From contig QPGO01000185.1 of assembly GCA_008632985.1 (NCBI GenBank), forward strand, positions 62,001 through 126,000: a DNA stretch of 64,000 nt, given 5' to 3'. Under the pieces are notes generated by a model, which ran no database searches, was not told the DNA's origin, and saw nothing but the letters and a program-made list of their open reading frames with translations. This DNA comes from Psammoneis japonica (taxonomy: Eukaryota). Both the position numbers and the translations under genes were made by a program. This document shows, in pieces, positions 48,380-61,190 of the stretch (the stretch's first letter is position 1; the number at the start of each line of letters is the position of its first letter).

Positions 48380-50870
48380 TGCATCACTCTTAAGTTCATT
48401 GGGAAATTGACCCTTCTTGCACCCAGGTTGGCAGTGGATGCGTGGGTTGCTGCTTGTCCTGTGCTGTCATTGCAGGTCAACCCTTGGCCCCGATTCTTTT
48501 GACACAGCGGCGTGTCACACTCCGCACAGCACCATGATGTTGTGGTGCAATTGTTGTGCTTCAATTGTTGTGCTTCCGACACATCCAACAATTTTGTTGA
48601 TGCGGTTGACCAACATTGTGCCCGCTCTGAAGTTGCTTCTCTGTTGGAGGTCTCGTTGCATCGCCAGCATCATCAGTTGTTCGCTTGAGTGTTCCCACTG
48701 CCGGCTTGGATGGTGGAGTTCGAGGGAGACGGTCCCGGTCAGACCTGCGCTTGAGGCCTTTGCAGAGCATGTCTGAGAATTTTCTAGCCGTCATGGCTCC
48801 CCCATGAGTTGTTTGGTCATGGTGCCGATGGAGCCAGTGAAGATCCACAACTGACATTCCAACAGCAGTGACAAGAAGCCGGAACCAGCAACAACGTGTT
48901 GGCCATGAATTCTCCAGACCAAGAATGTCTTGTCTTTGTTTGTTGTGTTGGTCAATGATTGGCAGACACTCGTGTAGAAATTCGCAAAGTTTTGGGCACG
49001 GCAGTTCCTTCGATGCTGCTTCTCCATGCTCATTCTCGAAGTTCGACACACAAGGCACATCCGACGGAGAGGTTAGTCCACACATTGAAATGAAGTGTGC
49101 AACGCTTGATTCGCTCCACGCGTGACCCATGGCAATCAGCTGCACTCCAGCGATTGTCGTCGAGAACGTGACCCACTTTCCAGCCAAACGATTGCTGTGT
49201 CGTGCCATCATGACTCTGCGGATGGCAGCCCTTGGAAAGAAAGAAGTGTCATTCTTCACAACGAAGGTCGAGTGAACTTTGAACCGTTTTGACACCTCGA
49301 CGCAACTCACAACACTGCCGAACCATGCATCGCCTCCGACCCAACCGCCTTCCTTCACTCCTGCATGCTCCACTTGCCGCAGTGTTTCAGCCACATGCGC
49401 AGGAATGTTTGATCCATCAGGTAGACTGGATTGCTCACCGTGGCACTTCTTCATTTGCTGGTGTTCTGGCAGCTGAACCGGGTCGTTGCACACTAGAATG
49501 CCAGCAGTGCATTCGGCCCCATTTCGAAACATCGTTCCAAGAGGCACAGGCTTGCGGGGCTCACAGGTGCAATTCGGGAGTCCACCCAACTTGGATGTCT
49601 TGGGTCTCCAGCCAGACATAGACTCATCTAATGCCAGCAAGATGAGGGATTTGACAAGTTGTCGTCTCCTGTCATTGAATCCTTTCAGCGCCGGCAGAAA
49701 CACTTCCCATGGCATGTCGCGTTTGTCACGAAACCAGCATTGTGGGTCGGCCCAACAAAATGCAGCTGCGCTTTCGAAACACTTGAAAGTTTTCACGTCA
49801 ACATGTTGCCCAAAGTCGGGGTAGAACGAGCGACCCTCTGAAGCTCCCGACTTCCACAGATTTTCAACTCCACATTCAATTGTAGAAGCAGCTGCAATGA
49901 GCACTGTATGACACTGCTTCACTGTCCAATCTGGATCTTCAGCATCCGGATCATGGAAAGTGCGGTCAAGCTGAAGGCATGTAGCATGATGGCTTGCTCT
50001 CCTGTCACTCAGGTGTCTGTCCAAAATCTTTCCGTGACCAGTGACATCCGGGAGCACGTGATCAAAGAAATTCTCTTGAATGCTCTCATTGGCGAAGTCC
50101 ACGTCCTTTAATTCAACAGGTGGGTCCGGCACTGTAAGTGGAGACTCCATTACGTACTCCGTCTCGCCGTGCATCTTCCACACAACCTTCTTTTCAACGC
50201 ATCGCGGATCGGCTCCATGCCTCGTTTCAAAGATGGATTTTTGAGTGACTTCTGCATCTTTAAGCTCACAGAATTCATCCAATGATTGAAGTGCCAAAGT
50301 CTTCCTTGATTTTTTTGCTGCAGGTTCATTATCGTCGCCATCTTTCGAGCGGCTCCTACGTTCCTGTTCTGACATGGGGTTTTCCTCTTCCCAGTCCTGC
50401 ACGACGGTGATCTTGTTGGCGGTGACATGACGAACTCGTTCATCCGATTCAGGAAGGGTGTCAAAATCAACATCCCAACCTACTTTCGAATTTCCGCCCT
50501 TGACGGTTCCAAAAAAAAGAAAGTCGTTGGGGGCGTCGCGAGGCATTGCTTGTCGTTGCACCTCACTGAGAATGTGGCAGAGGTCCGTTCGTTTGACTTT
50601 CGCTCGACGGCCGATTTTCATTCGCTTTTTTGAACCTGTCTTCCTTTTCGTTCGAGATGTTGTCAGGGGCGGTTTCTGTGATCCAGAATTATTGCTTCTG
50701 CTGCTCCCTTGGTCAGATGCTTGAGGAGGCTGCACGGGAGTGCCTTCAACATCATTTGCAGGAGTCTCAGCAGCAGCAGCATTTAGTTGCAGAGCCAGGT
50801 CCATTTGAGCTCTTTCAACCACTCCAGTGGACGCTTGAGGTGTTGATCCATGTTCACCAATGGATTGCAT
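48380..50870 (-). mobile_element. piggyBac-like DDD transposase (PGBD/DDE_Tnp_1_7), inactivated
   Basis: 769-aa ORF 50870-48561 with LDESM, EPRKPVPLG, GDAWFGSV, IDQHNKQRQ..LE..WPT..CWFRL. The Cys-rich domain (CWMCRK..WCCAECDTPLC) is split by a frameshift. TIRs and TTAA TSD not identified. Confidence 0.9.
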
Positions 50871-51117
50871 GGGGGGGAGACACTCTCGGAGGCAGCGACG
50901 GCGGTCGCTTCTTGTCCGCTCATGGTGCCGGCACGCATTTGGCGTCTCGGAGACGCTATTTTTCAGTCAACTTCAGACGACTTCCAATGCAACTTCCGAC
51001 CGAAGACACCTTATGTAATGCATATGCCCCTGTTCTCTGAGTTGTTTAACGATTTTCTGTCAACGGAAAAAGACTTGGGGAGCACATGAAGCATTGTTCT
51101 GGTGTTTTGGATGGGGA

Positions 51118-51440
51118 TACTACAAATTGCAAAACAATTGCGCGATACACGTGCCCGAAGGTCGAATATCGTTGCCCGAAGCAACATTCTTCCTTCGCGC
51201 AGAATGTCCATTCTACATAGAATATGGTATTGAAAATCTCATTGTAGTCGCATGAGTCGTTGAAGTAACTTCATCAATGACCTCTGTGGTACTGTGCTAC
51301 GTGATCTACACAAATCGGACATTCTCGAATGCTGGTATATTTTCTACGGTCTCTACGTGCGCGAAGCTCTAATTTCGTGCCCGAAGCAACAATCACCCTT
51401 CGGGCACGTGTATCGCGCAATTGTTCAGCAATTCGTAGTA
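51118..51440. mobile_element. MITE with 44-bp terminal inverted repeats (terminal TA included, probably a TA target-site duplication, Tc1/mariner-like)
   Basis: 51118-51161 tactacaaattgcaaaacaattgcgcgatacacgtgcccgaagg matches the reverse complement of 51397-51440 with 3 mismatches. Internal direct repeat tgcccgaagcaaca. Confidence 0.85.
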
Positions 51441-51518
51441 CCACATTGACACCATATTTGGTCGAAATATGGTATGTGTACGGATAACCACTAGAGCTAG
51501 TCTCTACTATCGTTGGTA

Positions 51519-52667
51519 ATGTCTTTCAAGGTTGAAACATCCTGTCCTAGTGACAGGAGCTACTGGTTACGTAGCAGGCGTTCTGATAAAGCAGTTGTTG
51601 GAGGCGGGAGTCAAGGTCCACGCCGCGGTTCGCGATCCTTCGAAGAAGGACCGTCTCGAATATCTTGTCAAACTTGCCGACAAGTCCCCCGGCAGCATTC
51701 AGTTCTTCCAAGGAGACTTGCTCCAGCCTGGAAGCTATGCAGAAGGAATGAAGGGGTGCTCCATCGTATTTCATACAGCGTCCCCTTTTGTAGTGAGCGT
51801 CAAAGATCCAGTCAAGGATCTTGTTGAACCAGCCGTCGAGGGTACCAAGAATGTACTTGAGCAGGTCAACCAGACTCCGTCTGTGAAGCGCGTCATCTTG
51901 ACTAGTTCCTGTGCTGCAATTTACACGGATGCATCTGAGACATACGATGCCCCAGGAGAGATTCTGACCGAGGAAGTATGGAATCGAACAGCCTCTTTGG
52001 ATTATCAGCCTTACTCCCTCTCCAAAACGTTGGCAGAGCAGGCTGCATGGGTGATTGCAGGATCGCAAAAGCAGTGGACCTTGGCAACGATCAACCCTTC
52101 CATGGTCATGGGACCTGGAGTCAAGTATCACGGCTCTTCCGAGTCCTTCTCCATGATCAAATCCATCGGAGGAGGCGAAATGGCGAGCGGGTGCCCCAAC
52201 TTTGCCATTGGTGTTGTGGATGTACGCGATGTAGCCCGAGCTCATATCGCAGCAGCCTACAAGGAGGGTGTCAAGGGGCGTCACATTCTCTGTGGCCATA
52301 ACATGCTTCAAATGGCACAGGCTCTCAAACCCAAATATGATGAATACCCCTTGCCACCACGCACTCGTAAGTATTTTTTGTCCTTATTGTTGTTTGTTAG
52401 AGAAGGAATCTTGTCTAACATTACATGGTGCACCTCGCTGGTTTCTTACGTGCAGTTCCAAAGACAATCGTTTGGGCCATTGCTCCATTCATTACAGAGG
52501 GACTCACGCGTCAAATGATAAAGAATAATGTCGACGTCCCCATCAAGTTTGACAACACTAAGTCCAAGGAAGAGCTTGGAATCGAATACAACTCGCTGGA
52601 GAACACCATGCAGGACATGTTCCAGGTGCTTGTTGATGAGGGTGTCGTAGAAAAGGCCAAGAAGTAG
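51519..52667 (+). CDS. NAD(P)-dependent epimerase/dehydratase (extended SDR, DFR/CCR-like)
   Basis: VLVTGATGYVA, VFHTASPF, VILTSSCAAI, YSLSK catalytic motif. Intron 52367-52455. ATG 51519 is out of frame with the body (apparent indel near 51540). Confidence 0.9.
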
Positions 52668-53049
52668 ACCAGAGTAGTTGCCGAGTAGGGACGGATTGCG
52701 GAAGAAAACGAGTATGAGTATGTAGAGCAATCAAGCAAAGCTATCTTAAAACAAAAGATAGAACTATCTTAACCCCATTTATGTTTGTAAACAATGAAAC
52801 CTATATCGTGTTTGACATGACTTCCTACTGCGTACAGGTAGGTAACTGCTGCTAGCACTCTAGCTAGCGGGCAAGCAATTAGAAGATAGCATTATTACTA
52901 CCACTTTAATCTATCGCTTGCTGCTACCTTGAAGAACACCTGTGCCTAAGGCCTCTAGAGTCCCACTCGAAGAACTGAATCACGCACGCTCACGATACGA
53001 TGAGAGATCGAGCTTGAAAGACAACGGCCGCTTTTGCATAGATCGAAAA

Positions 53050-55900
53050 TGCCGGTGCGATCAATGCCCGTAGATTTTGTACTCATTTTGCCCCAGGAAC
53101 AGAAAGACCTTCACGAGCATCTGTGATCACATTTTGGAGTTTCTACAACGTCATCTCACAAACTTTGCCCTGAAGACCGGCACAGCAAGGCACAACCAGC
53201 TGCCACAAAGCCTTTTCATTCATCTCGTTTGTGTGATCCGATCACTGTTGGGGATGAGGGCCAGCCCTTTTCTCAAACAAGGAACAAGAAGCAAGTGTGC
53301 TCAGTCTTCCAAAACTGGTTGGCACTGATCCTTGCTGCAAGCATGGTGCTCTTGTGTTTGCAAGATGTGAGTGCTCAAACAGTCATGAGGGCAAACTTTG
53401 GTGTGCAATGGATGTGGCAGCTTGTTGGGCAAGTGCTGCTGTGGAGGAGAGTTTGGGGCTGTTGTGGAGATGCTGGTGCCGACTCTGCCTCTACAGGCCA
53501 CATGTCCAGACCAGCTCATTGGCCAGGCAAATGATTGCAGGTCTTGCTGAAAACAGCTGCAGTGCTGTCATGAGGGATTTGACAAAATCTTGCGCCAGTG
53601 GTGGTGGCAAAAATTGTGATGCCACTGCGGGCATCTTGAACCCCTGCCATTGCCAGAGCACATTTGATCTCACATGTTGCTTGTCAACCCTGGTCTGTTT
53701 GTTGACAGGCACCCAAGCACTTTCTTGATGGGTTTGATTGTGTGCAAGTTGTTGACAAGAAGCACATGTGATTTGGTCATTTGTGATGCTGTGTCATGTG
53801 CCAGATGTGCCGACTCTGCACCTGCCAACAATTTGGTGGCCGCTGGACATTTGGCACCCACTGAGTTGAAAAGGAAACGTGAAGACAAGTCAAAAAGGCA
53901 ACTGAGTTGTGGTGGTGTGAGGCAGTGCTGGTGCAGGAGATTGATGTAGAAGCAACTGAGAGCAAGGTAATGAGGGAGCTGCCATAAAAACTGTTTTTTG
54001 AGAAAGGCCCCAGATTTTTCTATGCACAGAGCAATGACTTTGGTCAAAAGGAGGCAGATCTTTTGAGATGCTGCAATGAAGTGACTGCAATGGCTCTGCC
54101 CTGACCATGTTGTCAATTTGAAGAGAGTTGGGCTGGAGTGAAAATGCAGAACAAGTTTGCTCACAAAATCCTTGCTTGGCATGTGGCTCAACAAAAAAGC
54201 ACTTGAGCAATGTTGACATGATCATGTTGATGCCACCACTCCCACAGAATGGCAAAATTTGCTGAAATTAGCTTCTGTTGTTCTTTTGTCTGCTCTGGAT
54301 TGACCCCAGAGATGCGCAATGTCATGTCTAAAAACCAAAAAGTGGGCAGCCCTTGCAGCAAGTTTTGACAGATTGCGTGGCACATTTTTGGTGTGCAGGG
54401 CAGGCAAAACATGGCCGCCAGCAACCGCAAGGATTTGGCAGCATGATGTGAAATGGAAAGTTGCCACAAAAGTGGGTTTTACATTGATGTTGTTGTTTGT
54501 CTTGGCATTGAAAAAAAAGATCAGCTCCCCTTCATCACACCTTTCACCACAAGTTGTGAATCCTGCACAATCTGCTTGACTCAAACATTTGAAAGTGTTG
54601 GCTGGATTTTGACCCTGCACCCCTCTGCCAGCCAGAGACAGAAACACCCCCAAGAGATGCAAGCACCATTGGTCTCCCACTCTCTTTGAGAATGGCACAT
54701 GTGAGAAAGAAAGAGGTGTGTGCATTGTTCATGGTGCCGTGCATTTGAAAATGGTGGAGCTGGCTTTTGCCAAAGGCAGCACCTTTCTCACAGGAGAGAA
54801 AGCAGCTGTGCAGGACAAATTTTTTCATGGCTCTGTGTGACCCCCAGCACACCCCTCTGCTGTTTCTTGAAGCCCCAAAAGATGTCAGGACCTCTCCACT
54901 GGCTGGTGTGATGTCAGCTGGTTTTTTTGGAAATGCACTCTGGTGAAAAACAGGGCTTTTGTGATCACACACAGCACCACATGGGATTGGGCAGAGCATG
55001 GCTGCTGCTGCCATGTGTTGATGCTTTGCAGTTAGCTGGCACAACAACAATTCAACCAAGTTCCACACAAGCAGCAACATGGTTGCTTGCTGTCCCAACA
55101 GAGAATGGTTTCCTGTGCACTGTTGGCCAATCCTCCTCAAGCACTGCTGGCTTCACAAATTTTTCACAACATTCAAGAAGTGCATTGCCAAGACAAGCAG
55201 CACAATGATTTGCTGCTGGAGTGTGAGGTGTGTGTGTTTGTTCTAATTTCTGTCTTGTTGTGCTGGTTGTGGTGCCAGAAATCAGCTGCAACAGAGACAC
55301 CTGCCAGCTTGCAGAGCGCCCAAGCTGCACATGTGAGAATTTTTTTCATGCTGCCCCCAAACTTGTGATGTGGTGAAGAGTGTCTTGTGTGCTGCCCAAG
55401 CTGTGTTTGCAAGGATGTGAGGCATGAACTTGCCAAGCTTCCATGCTGGTTTGCTGGCAATTTTACAAAAAAGCAGCGGCAATGAGCGCCACCCAGCAGA
55501 GCTGCAAAAACCCCCCATGAGCCACAGAGGGGGGCTTGCTTTGAGCACTATTTTCAGCCTTCCCTTCCCACATTTCATCTCAGAACTCCTGTTGCCACAA
55601 AGAAGCAACATAAAAAATGCACAGCACTTGAAAAGGCGGGAGTGCCAAAATGCTCCCCTGAAGTGCTGCATTTTTTTGTTCTCCTCAACCAGCACCACCA
55701 TGCTGGAGGAAGGGTTGAGAGTCTCTCAACTCACCTCATGGGCCGGCTCTTTTCAAGTCTCTTTTCAACTCTCTTTTCAACTCACCTCACAATCCAGGTA
55801 GAAGCCACACAAGCCTTTGGTGCAGAAAGACACCTGTCGAATGTCATCACAGTTCGAACGGCGCGAACGGAGATGCAAGGATTGCATGATGTGTCACGCA
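53050..55900. repeat. TpA/CpG-depleted hypermutated block 3 (unclassified relic)
   Basis: Strong TA and CG depletion with TG/CA excess and Tyr-poor ORFs in all frames. Sits between two normal genes. Confidence 0.8.
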
Positions 55901-56158
55901 AGCACCAGAGACACGATGGACAGACGGTCGATCTGGTCGAACGAATCCATCCAGCTAGTTACCATAGCTACCGGTAGCACAGAGGACAAAGTTTGAAAGT
56001 TATTGCACACCAACACACCATGGCCCATGGGCTTCCCGTTTAGCATTCTTATTCAAAATAATGTTGATCGAAAACGGGCCATACTCATCGTTAATATTGT
56101 TTCTCTGAAAGCCAGATCTTGATGTCGGGTTTTGGAAGCAGCGAAACGAATCGATCAA

Positions 56159-58946
56159 ATGGGACCGGGACCGGCAAAGACGACTCCGCCGCATCATCCC
56201 ATCGGAGAATCGCATTATCATGGCGGATCTTCTTACCGCGGGACTGTCTTTTCCCCGTCAGAGTCCTTTCAAAAGCTGTCTTTGGCGAACTCTACCGAGT
56301 CGTTTCCGACGTCGCCGTTGGGTAAAAGAATTTTGCAGCGAACGAGAAACATCGAACAACAACAGACGCTGCATGTGCCACAGCTACCCGAAGATTTCTT
56401 GCGAATACCTTGCGATGTGGCTGTACTGCGAAGAAATTCTTTGACTGGAGAAAACGAATATCGACTAGTTTCTGAGATGGAACAGATTGTCCTGGAAGAG
56501 CAGCAGCTGCAGATGAACTTGAACCGAGATCAAATATTCAGCCGATCTCTTTGTCGCAATCCACAGATAGGCTTGGGCATGACGCTCTGCGATACAGAAT
56601 CATTCATACTGGTGCATTCTCTTATTTCTAAGGATGGCAATCGATGGCTTATTGCCCCTTCCCACGAAGAGATGGGAAGTCCTGCTATCGATGCACAGAT
56701 ACTTCCTGGCGATTTGGTTTTGGGTGTAAACGGAAAAGCATTTGTTCGAAAGTCATTGGTGGGCGCCGCAAGCAATGGTCTCTTTAGGGAGGTAATCAAC
56801 GAGATTCAAAAGTCGCCAGAGCCCGTGGTTTTTCACCTTTACCGGCCCGAATCGGAAGAAATTAGCTTAGTCCCTATGCAAGAGACTTCGAGCTTGTTGA
56901 GGCCTACCAATGTGGAACGAGGAAGCAACAAGAGAAAGACTTTGGTGCATCCGTTTGCACATGTTCTTGCGAAACGACGCTTGATTCATTATGGTGCAGG
57001 TGAGCCTTATGGAATGTCGAATTGTCGCTTTGACGATAGCGGTGCGATTGATGTACCTTATGCAATTCTTGTGTTCATTTTTGTAACAACGCACGTCCTC
57101 TTAGACGAGATCTCGGTAACCCAAAAGCTTTCACAACTGTCATATAGCGCTCGGCAATGGAATGCAACGTCAGAAAAGAAAGTAGGTCATTCGGGAACTT
57201 TTGTGTCGGGGTCATACCGAGTGGGAGGTGAAGGAATGAGCCACCATTCCACGTCTAGGTTTGCTGACACGAGCTTCCCTGGCTCCAAGGTGGGAAGATA
57301 TTCTGAGGCACCCACGGACGCGAAGATGAGCAGAAATGAAGATGTATCGTTATTTGGAGTACGAAGAGCGCTGTGTGTTCGAATTTTGAACTCTTTCATG
57401 GAGGGAAATACGAGGGCATACACCATTTGGGTCTTCGACATTGAAAGTGGATCGGAGTGGTACGCACCTGTAAGGAACTATGGCGACTTTTGCGATCTTA
57501 GAGCTTCCACTCAGCTTCTGAGCCCACTCGTTTCAGAAATCTCATTCCCGTCTGCGAAATGGAGTGTCTTTGGCACCAATGGGAAGGGAGCTTCTGGTAG
57601 AGAATCTGATGTGTGCCGAAAACTCGAACATTTCTTGAGAGTTTTATGTTCAATTGTCTATCGTGAGGAGTTGCGACCCGGTCTCGTTGAGGTGGCCATA
57701 CATGTGCAATCATTCCTTGGATGCGATATTGCTCTACGAACACCCAACCGGGTTGACATTTGTGTGGCTGACGCCCAGTATCTCCCTCCCAACAAGGCGG
57801 AGCTGCAGGCAAAGGATGTCGTGCTTCTCAAAAGATCCATCCAGCATCACGCACACCTAGTCTTTCTTGTGGACGTTATGGAGCAAATTGTTTGCCAGTT
57901 TGTCGACGAAGTACAAGCAAAGAGAAAGAATTCAACAGATTTGATGACGCCTGAAAAAGAGAGTTTCGGGGCGATAAAGCGGAAGTCGCGGAACGAATTA
58001 AACATCATTCGAGCGTTTCTAGACCAATTGCAGGAAATAATTATCGAGGGATGTATGGTAAGAATGAATCCATTCAATGAACTTGATTACGTGTCATAAC
58101 ATGCTGACTGGAAGTGCGCGTTTGCCTTCTATTCAGGCCGACTTTGAATCGATCTCTCGTAAAACGGAGTTTATTCGGATAAGAGAAATTCTTGACGCCG
58201 AAGAAGGGCACCTGATCTGGAATCAAATCGTACGAGATGCTGTGCGGGAACGTGTAGAGATTGAAGTCTACGTGCCGGTTCGAAGTGTGGTGTCTAGTCA
58301 TTTGGTGAATGGATGGAAACAGGACGACACGGAAATAAATTTCAAAATGCAGGTACGTTTTGCCGCTCTGCACTCAACAAGACTGCGTCTTTGCCCAATG
58401 CCAAACTCACACCCGACGGATTCTAGGTACTGCGAAATCGACCTACAGGCTTTTTCGGGATCCCGGGCGATAGGAAGGATTGGATATCAGTGTCAAAGAT
58501 CCTGGAAGATGGCGTGGGCAGAAGTACGTTACCGTGCGTAAAGCTTCGTGCCATTGTGAATGCATCAAAGGAGATTACGAGACTCTACTCCGGGATCAAA
58601 CGAACAGCATCAGTTGACTATGCGGAATCAGCACACCCTAGTTTCCCGGCCCTCGGTGCTGACGACTTTCTCCCAATTTTCATCTATTGCGTCGTTCAAG
58701 CTCGGATCGAACGACCCTGCGCCCTGTGTAAGCTTCTATCGATTCTCTGCTTTGCGCTCTGCGTCTTCGTTGTTTTCGGAAGCTTCACTGACAAGGCTTT
58801 TGTTTGCGATTTTGCTTACGGTAGGCGTTCTCTTGAGCACATTATGTGATCGTGCAAGTCGAATTGGAGAAGTTGGATACTACCTTTCTTCCTTCGAAGC
58901 TGCGATCGCACACATAAAAGAGATCGACTTGTCAGACTATGGTTGA
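56159..58946 (+). CDS. PDZ-PX-VPS9 domain protein (putative Rab5 GEF)
   Basis: PDZ: IGLGMTL..SPAIDAQILPGDLVLGVNG. PX: YTIWVFD..EWYAPVRNYGDFCDLR. VPS9: KLRAIVNASKEI, GADDFLPIFIYCVV, GEVGYYLSSFEAAI. Several introns; start codon uncertain. Confidence 0.85.
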
Positions 58947-59185
58947 TCCTTGTCGCACAGCCGCAATTTAAGTCGAGAAAGATATCGCCCTCGGTCTGGA
59001 AAAGACAGTGAGTCGCACAGCCATTCCAAGAGCTGAAAAGACTGACTTACGGGGAAGTCAATCAAACAAAACAGCAAAACTAAACTTGCATTACGCTACA
59101 TGTGCGGTGAAAACCAGAAAAAGAGGGCCCTGCTACATTCGCCGGAAACCACAGTTCTAGTCGCGCCATTTTGAATAAAATCAAA

Positions 59186-60680
59186 TTACAATTCATCACC
59201 CAGTTCGTCGTCCATGTCCATGTCGTCCATCATATCATCGTCATCGCCAGCGTCTCCCTGCGAAACAAATAATACAGGCGATCAAGAGCGTTAGTTAACC
59301 CCCTTGATAAAAGAGAATAAAAAACACAAGGCAAAAAGGAGAAACTTACAAATTCTTCTTCATCCTTCTTTCGCTTCTCTTCCTCTTTCTTGTCGAACAT
59401 TTCCTTTTCTGCGTCCTTCTTCTTGAAGAAAGTCTCCTCAGCAAATTTCTTCGCTTCGTCCAAGCTGTCTGTTACGATAATGTCATCAAACAAGGTACCA
59501 CTCTTGACTTGCCAAAGCTCGAATCCAACGTGGGTACATCCATCGGCACAGACCTTGTACATGCCCTCGTCGTACACGTAATCTGGGTTGGCAATCATGG
59601 GGTGCTCCCATGGTCCCTTGTAGTCAGGGTTGGGGATCATTTTTGGAACCCACGGTCCTTCGTAGTCGGGGTTGTCAATCATGGGTGGCTCCCACTCGCC
59701 ATCATCCTCATCATCCCAGTCGTCAGGCTTGACGGCATCCGGGTCGGGAATTTCCTCGGGAATATCATCGTATCCCTCAGGCTTGACTGCCTCTGGATCC
59801 TCAATCTGCGACTCATCGACCCAGTCGTCGGGCTTCTTTTCGTTCGGGTCCTTGATCTCTTTGGGCTCCAAAAAGTCGAATTCTTCGTCGAGTTTTCCCG
59901 TTCGCTTGGACTCGTTGTCAATAAAGACTTCAAACGTGTTGTCTGGGCGAATCACAAGCGTGTAAAGATGGCTGACCTGGTCCGTCTCGCATGGAACCTG
60001 CTTTTTGATGAGCAGGTTGTCGTCCTTCTTGTCCGAGTGCAAAATGACGTGAGTCTTCTTGTTGCTGCTTCCGCAAATATCAGGCCCAAACATGACTGCG
60101 TAAGGAGTGTCTCCTCCGAATTTGGCAGAGTCAAACTTCTTTCCGCCAGGCAAGAGTTTCAGATAAGCACCGCCGCAGTCAAGGACCTGTTCGTGCTTGA
60201 CCGTGTACTGGATGACAAGGTCCTTGTCACCGCTAGTGAAAGTTTTGCTAAGGGGGGCACTGATACCGTAGAATCGAGCGTCTTCCGAGGTCTTGATACC
60301 CTTATCATTCTCGTCTCCATACCATTCTCCGGCAGTGTGCTCCAATTTACCCATTTCCTCTTTGGGCTTCCACTTAGTCGACTCAGTCCAGCGCTTCGTC
60401 CAGCCCTGTTTGAAGCATAAGACAGTCGGATAAGGTGGTTAAGCGTCTATTAATTCAGTAAACATAAATTGCATCGACCCAGCTATTCGAACAAGCGCCG
60501 CAATGTTTGATTGCAGAAAGATCGCACGACACAAAAAGTCACCATGCAAATACTCTCCCGGTCCACACACCACCACCGCCAGCTCCTTACCTCATCATTG
60601 AACTGTTCTTTGAAGTACGTCTCGGCCGTAGCAGGGACGGCGGCGGCTAGAGCAAGAGTTGCAAGGGCAGGAAATCTCAT
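59186..60680 (-). CDS. CALR: Calreticulin
   Basis: Signal peptide, KHEQVLDCGGAYLKL, MFGPDICG, P-domain KPDDWD repeats, GFELWQVKSGTLFD, acidic tail ending GDEL*. Two introns. Confidence 0.97.
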
Positions 60681-61190
60681 GGTGAAAATGCTTAGGATGG
60701 TTGATTGTGACCGTTCTCGCCACCGCCTCCCTCCAGGCCAATGCCGCTGAGTGCCGTTTTACGAGTGACGTACAGGCGGATTACGTAGATTCTACGGGAG
60801 TCTGTGGTACATGAAAATCGGTTTTTCGAATGATTTCGATTATGACTTATGTGTACATGATCCTATAGAAGCTACATACGATAAGATTGTACTAAAGAAT
60901 CCTGCACATACCAAACAATGATGACTTTCAAGGTTGTAGAAAATAAGTTGACACGTGGCGCGATCTGGAGAAACGAATATTGGCAAACATCGTGACACGT
61001 AGAAGTGAACGGTGCCGTCGCGGTACTGACATGCGCGATCCAAAAAGATCGCGCGAAGCCCATCGTCTTGCTTCGACCGGCGCACCTCGCGCTCCGCATC
61101 GCCCTTGAATCCTCACTCCCGCAGTCCGCAGTCACTGCCCATGGCGAGTGGCGAGACAAACACTTCAGCCAGGCCAGATCGATCTCCACC

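Noticed and set aside
48561..50870. Alternative genetic code or Tyr reassignment as the explanation for Tyr loss
   Set aside because: Neighbouring host genes use Tyr normally, and TA is lost in all codon positions and in non-coding DNA.
53491..53712. Possible hAT dimerisation domain (VLWQW..KMPAVASQFLPPP)
   Set aside because: The resemblance is weak, and no supporting transposase motifs, TIRs or 8-bp TSD were found.
59509..60420. 303-aa plus-strand ORF, and similar antisense ORFs over other genes (e.g. 30521-31225, 51547-52311)
   Set aside because: These are antisense shadows of real genes with biased codon usage.
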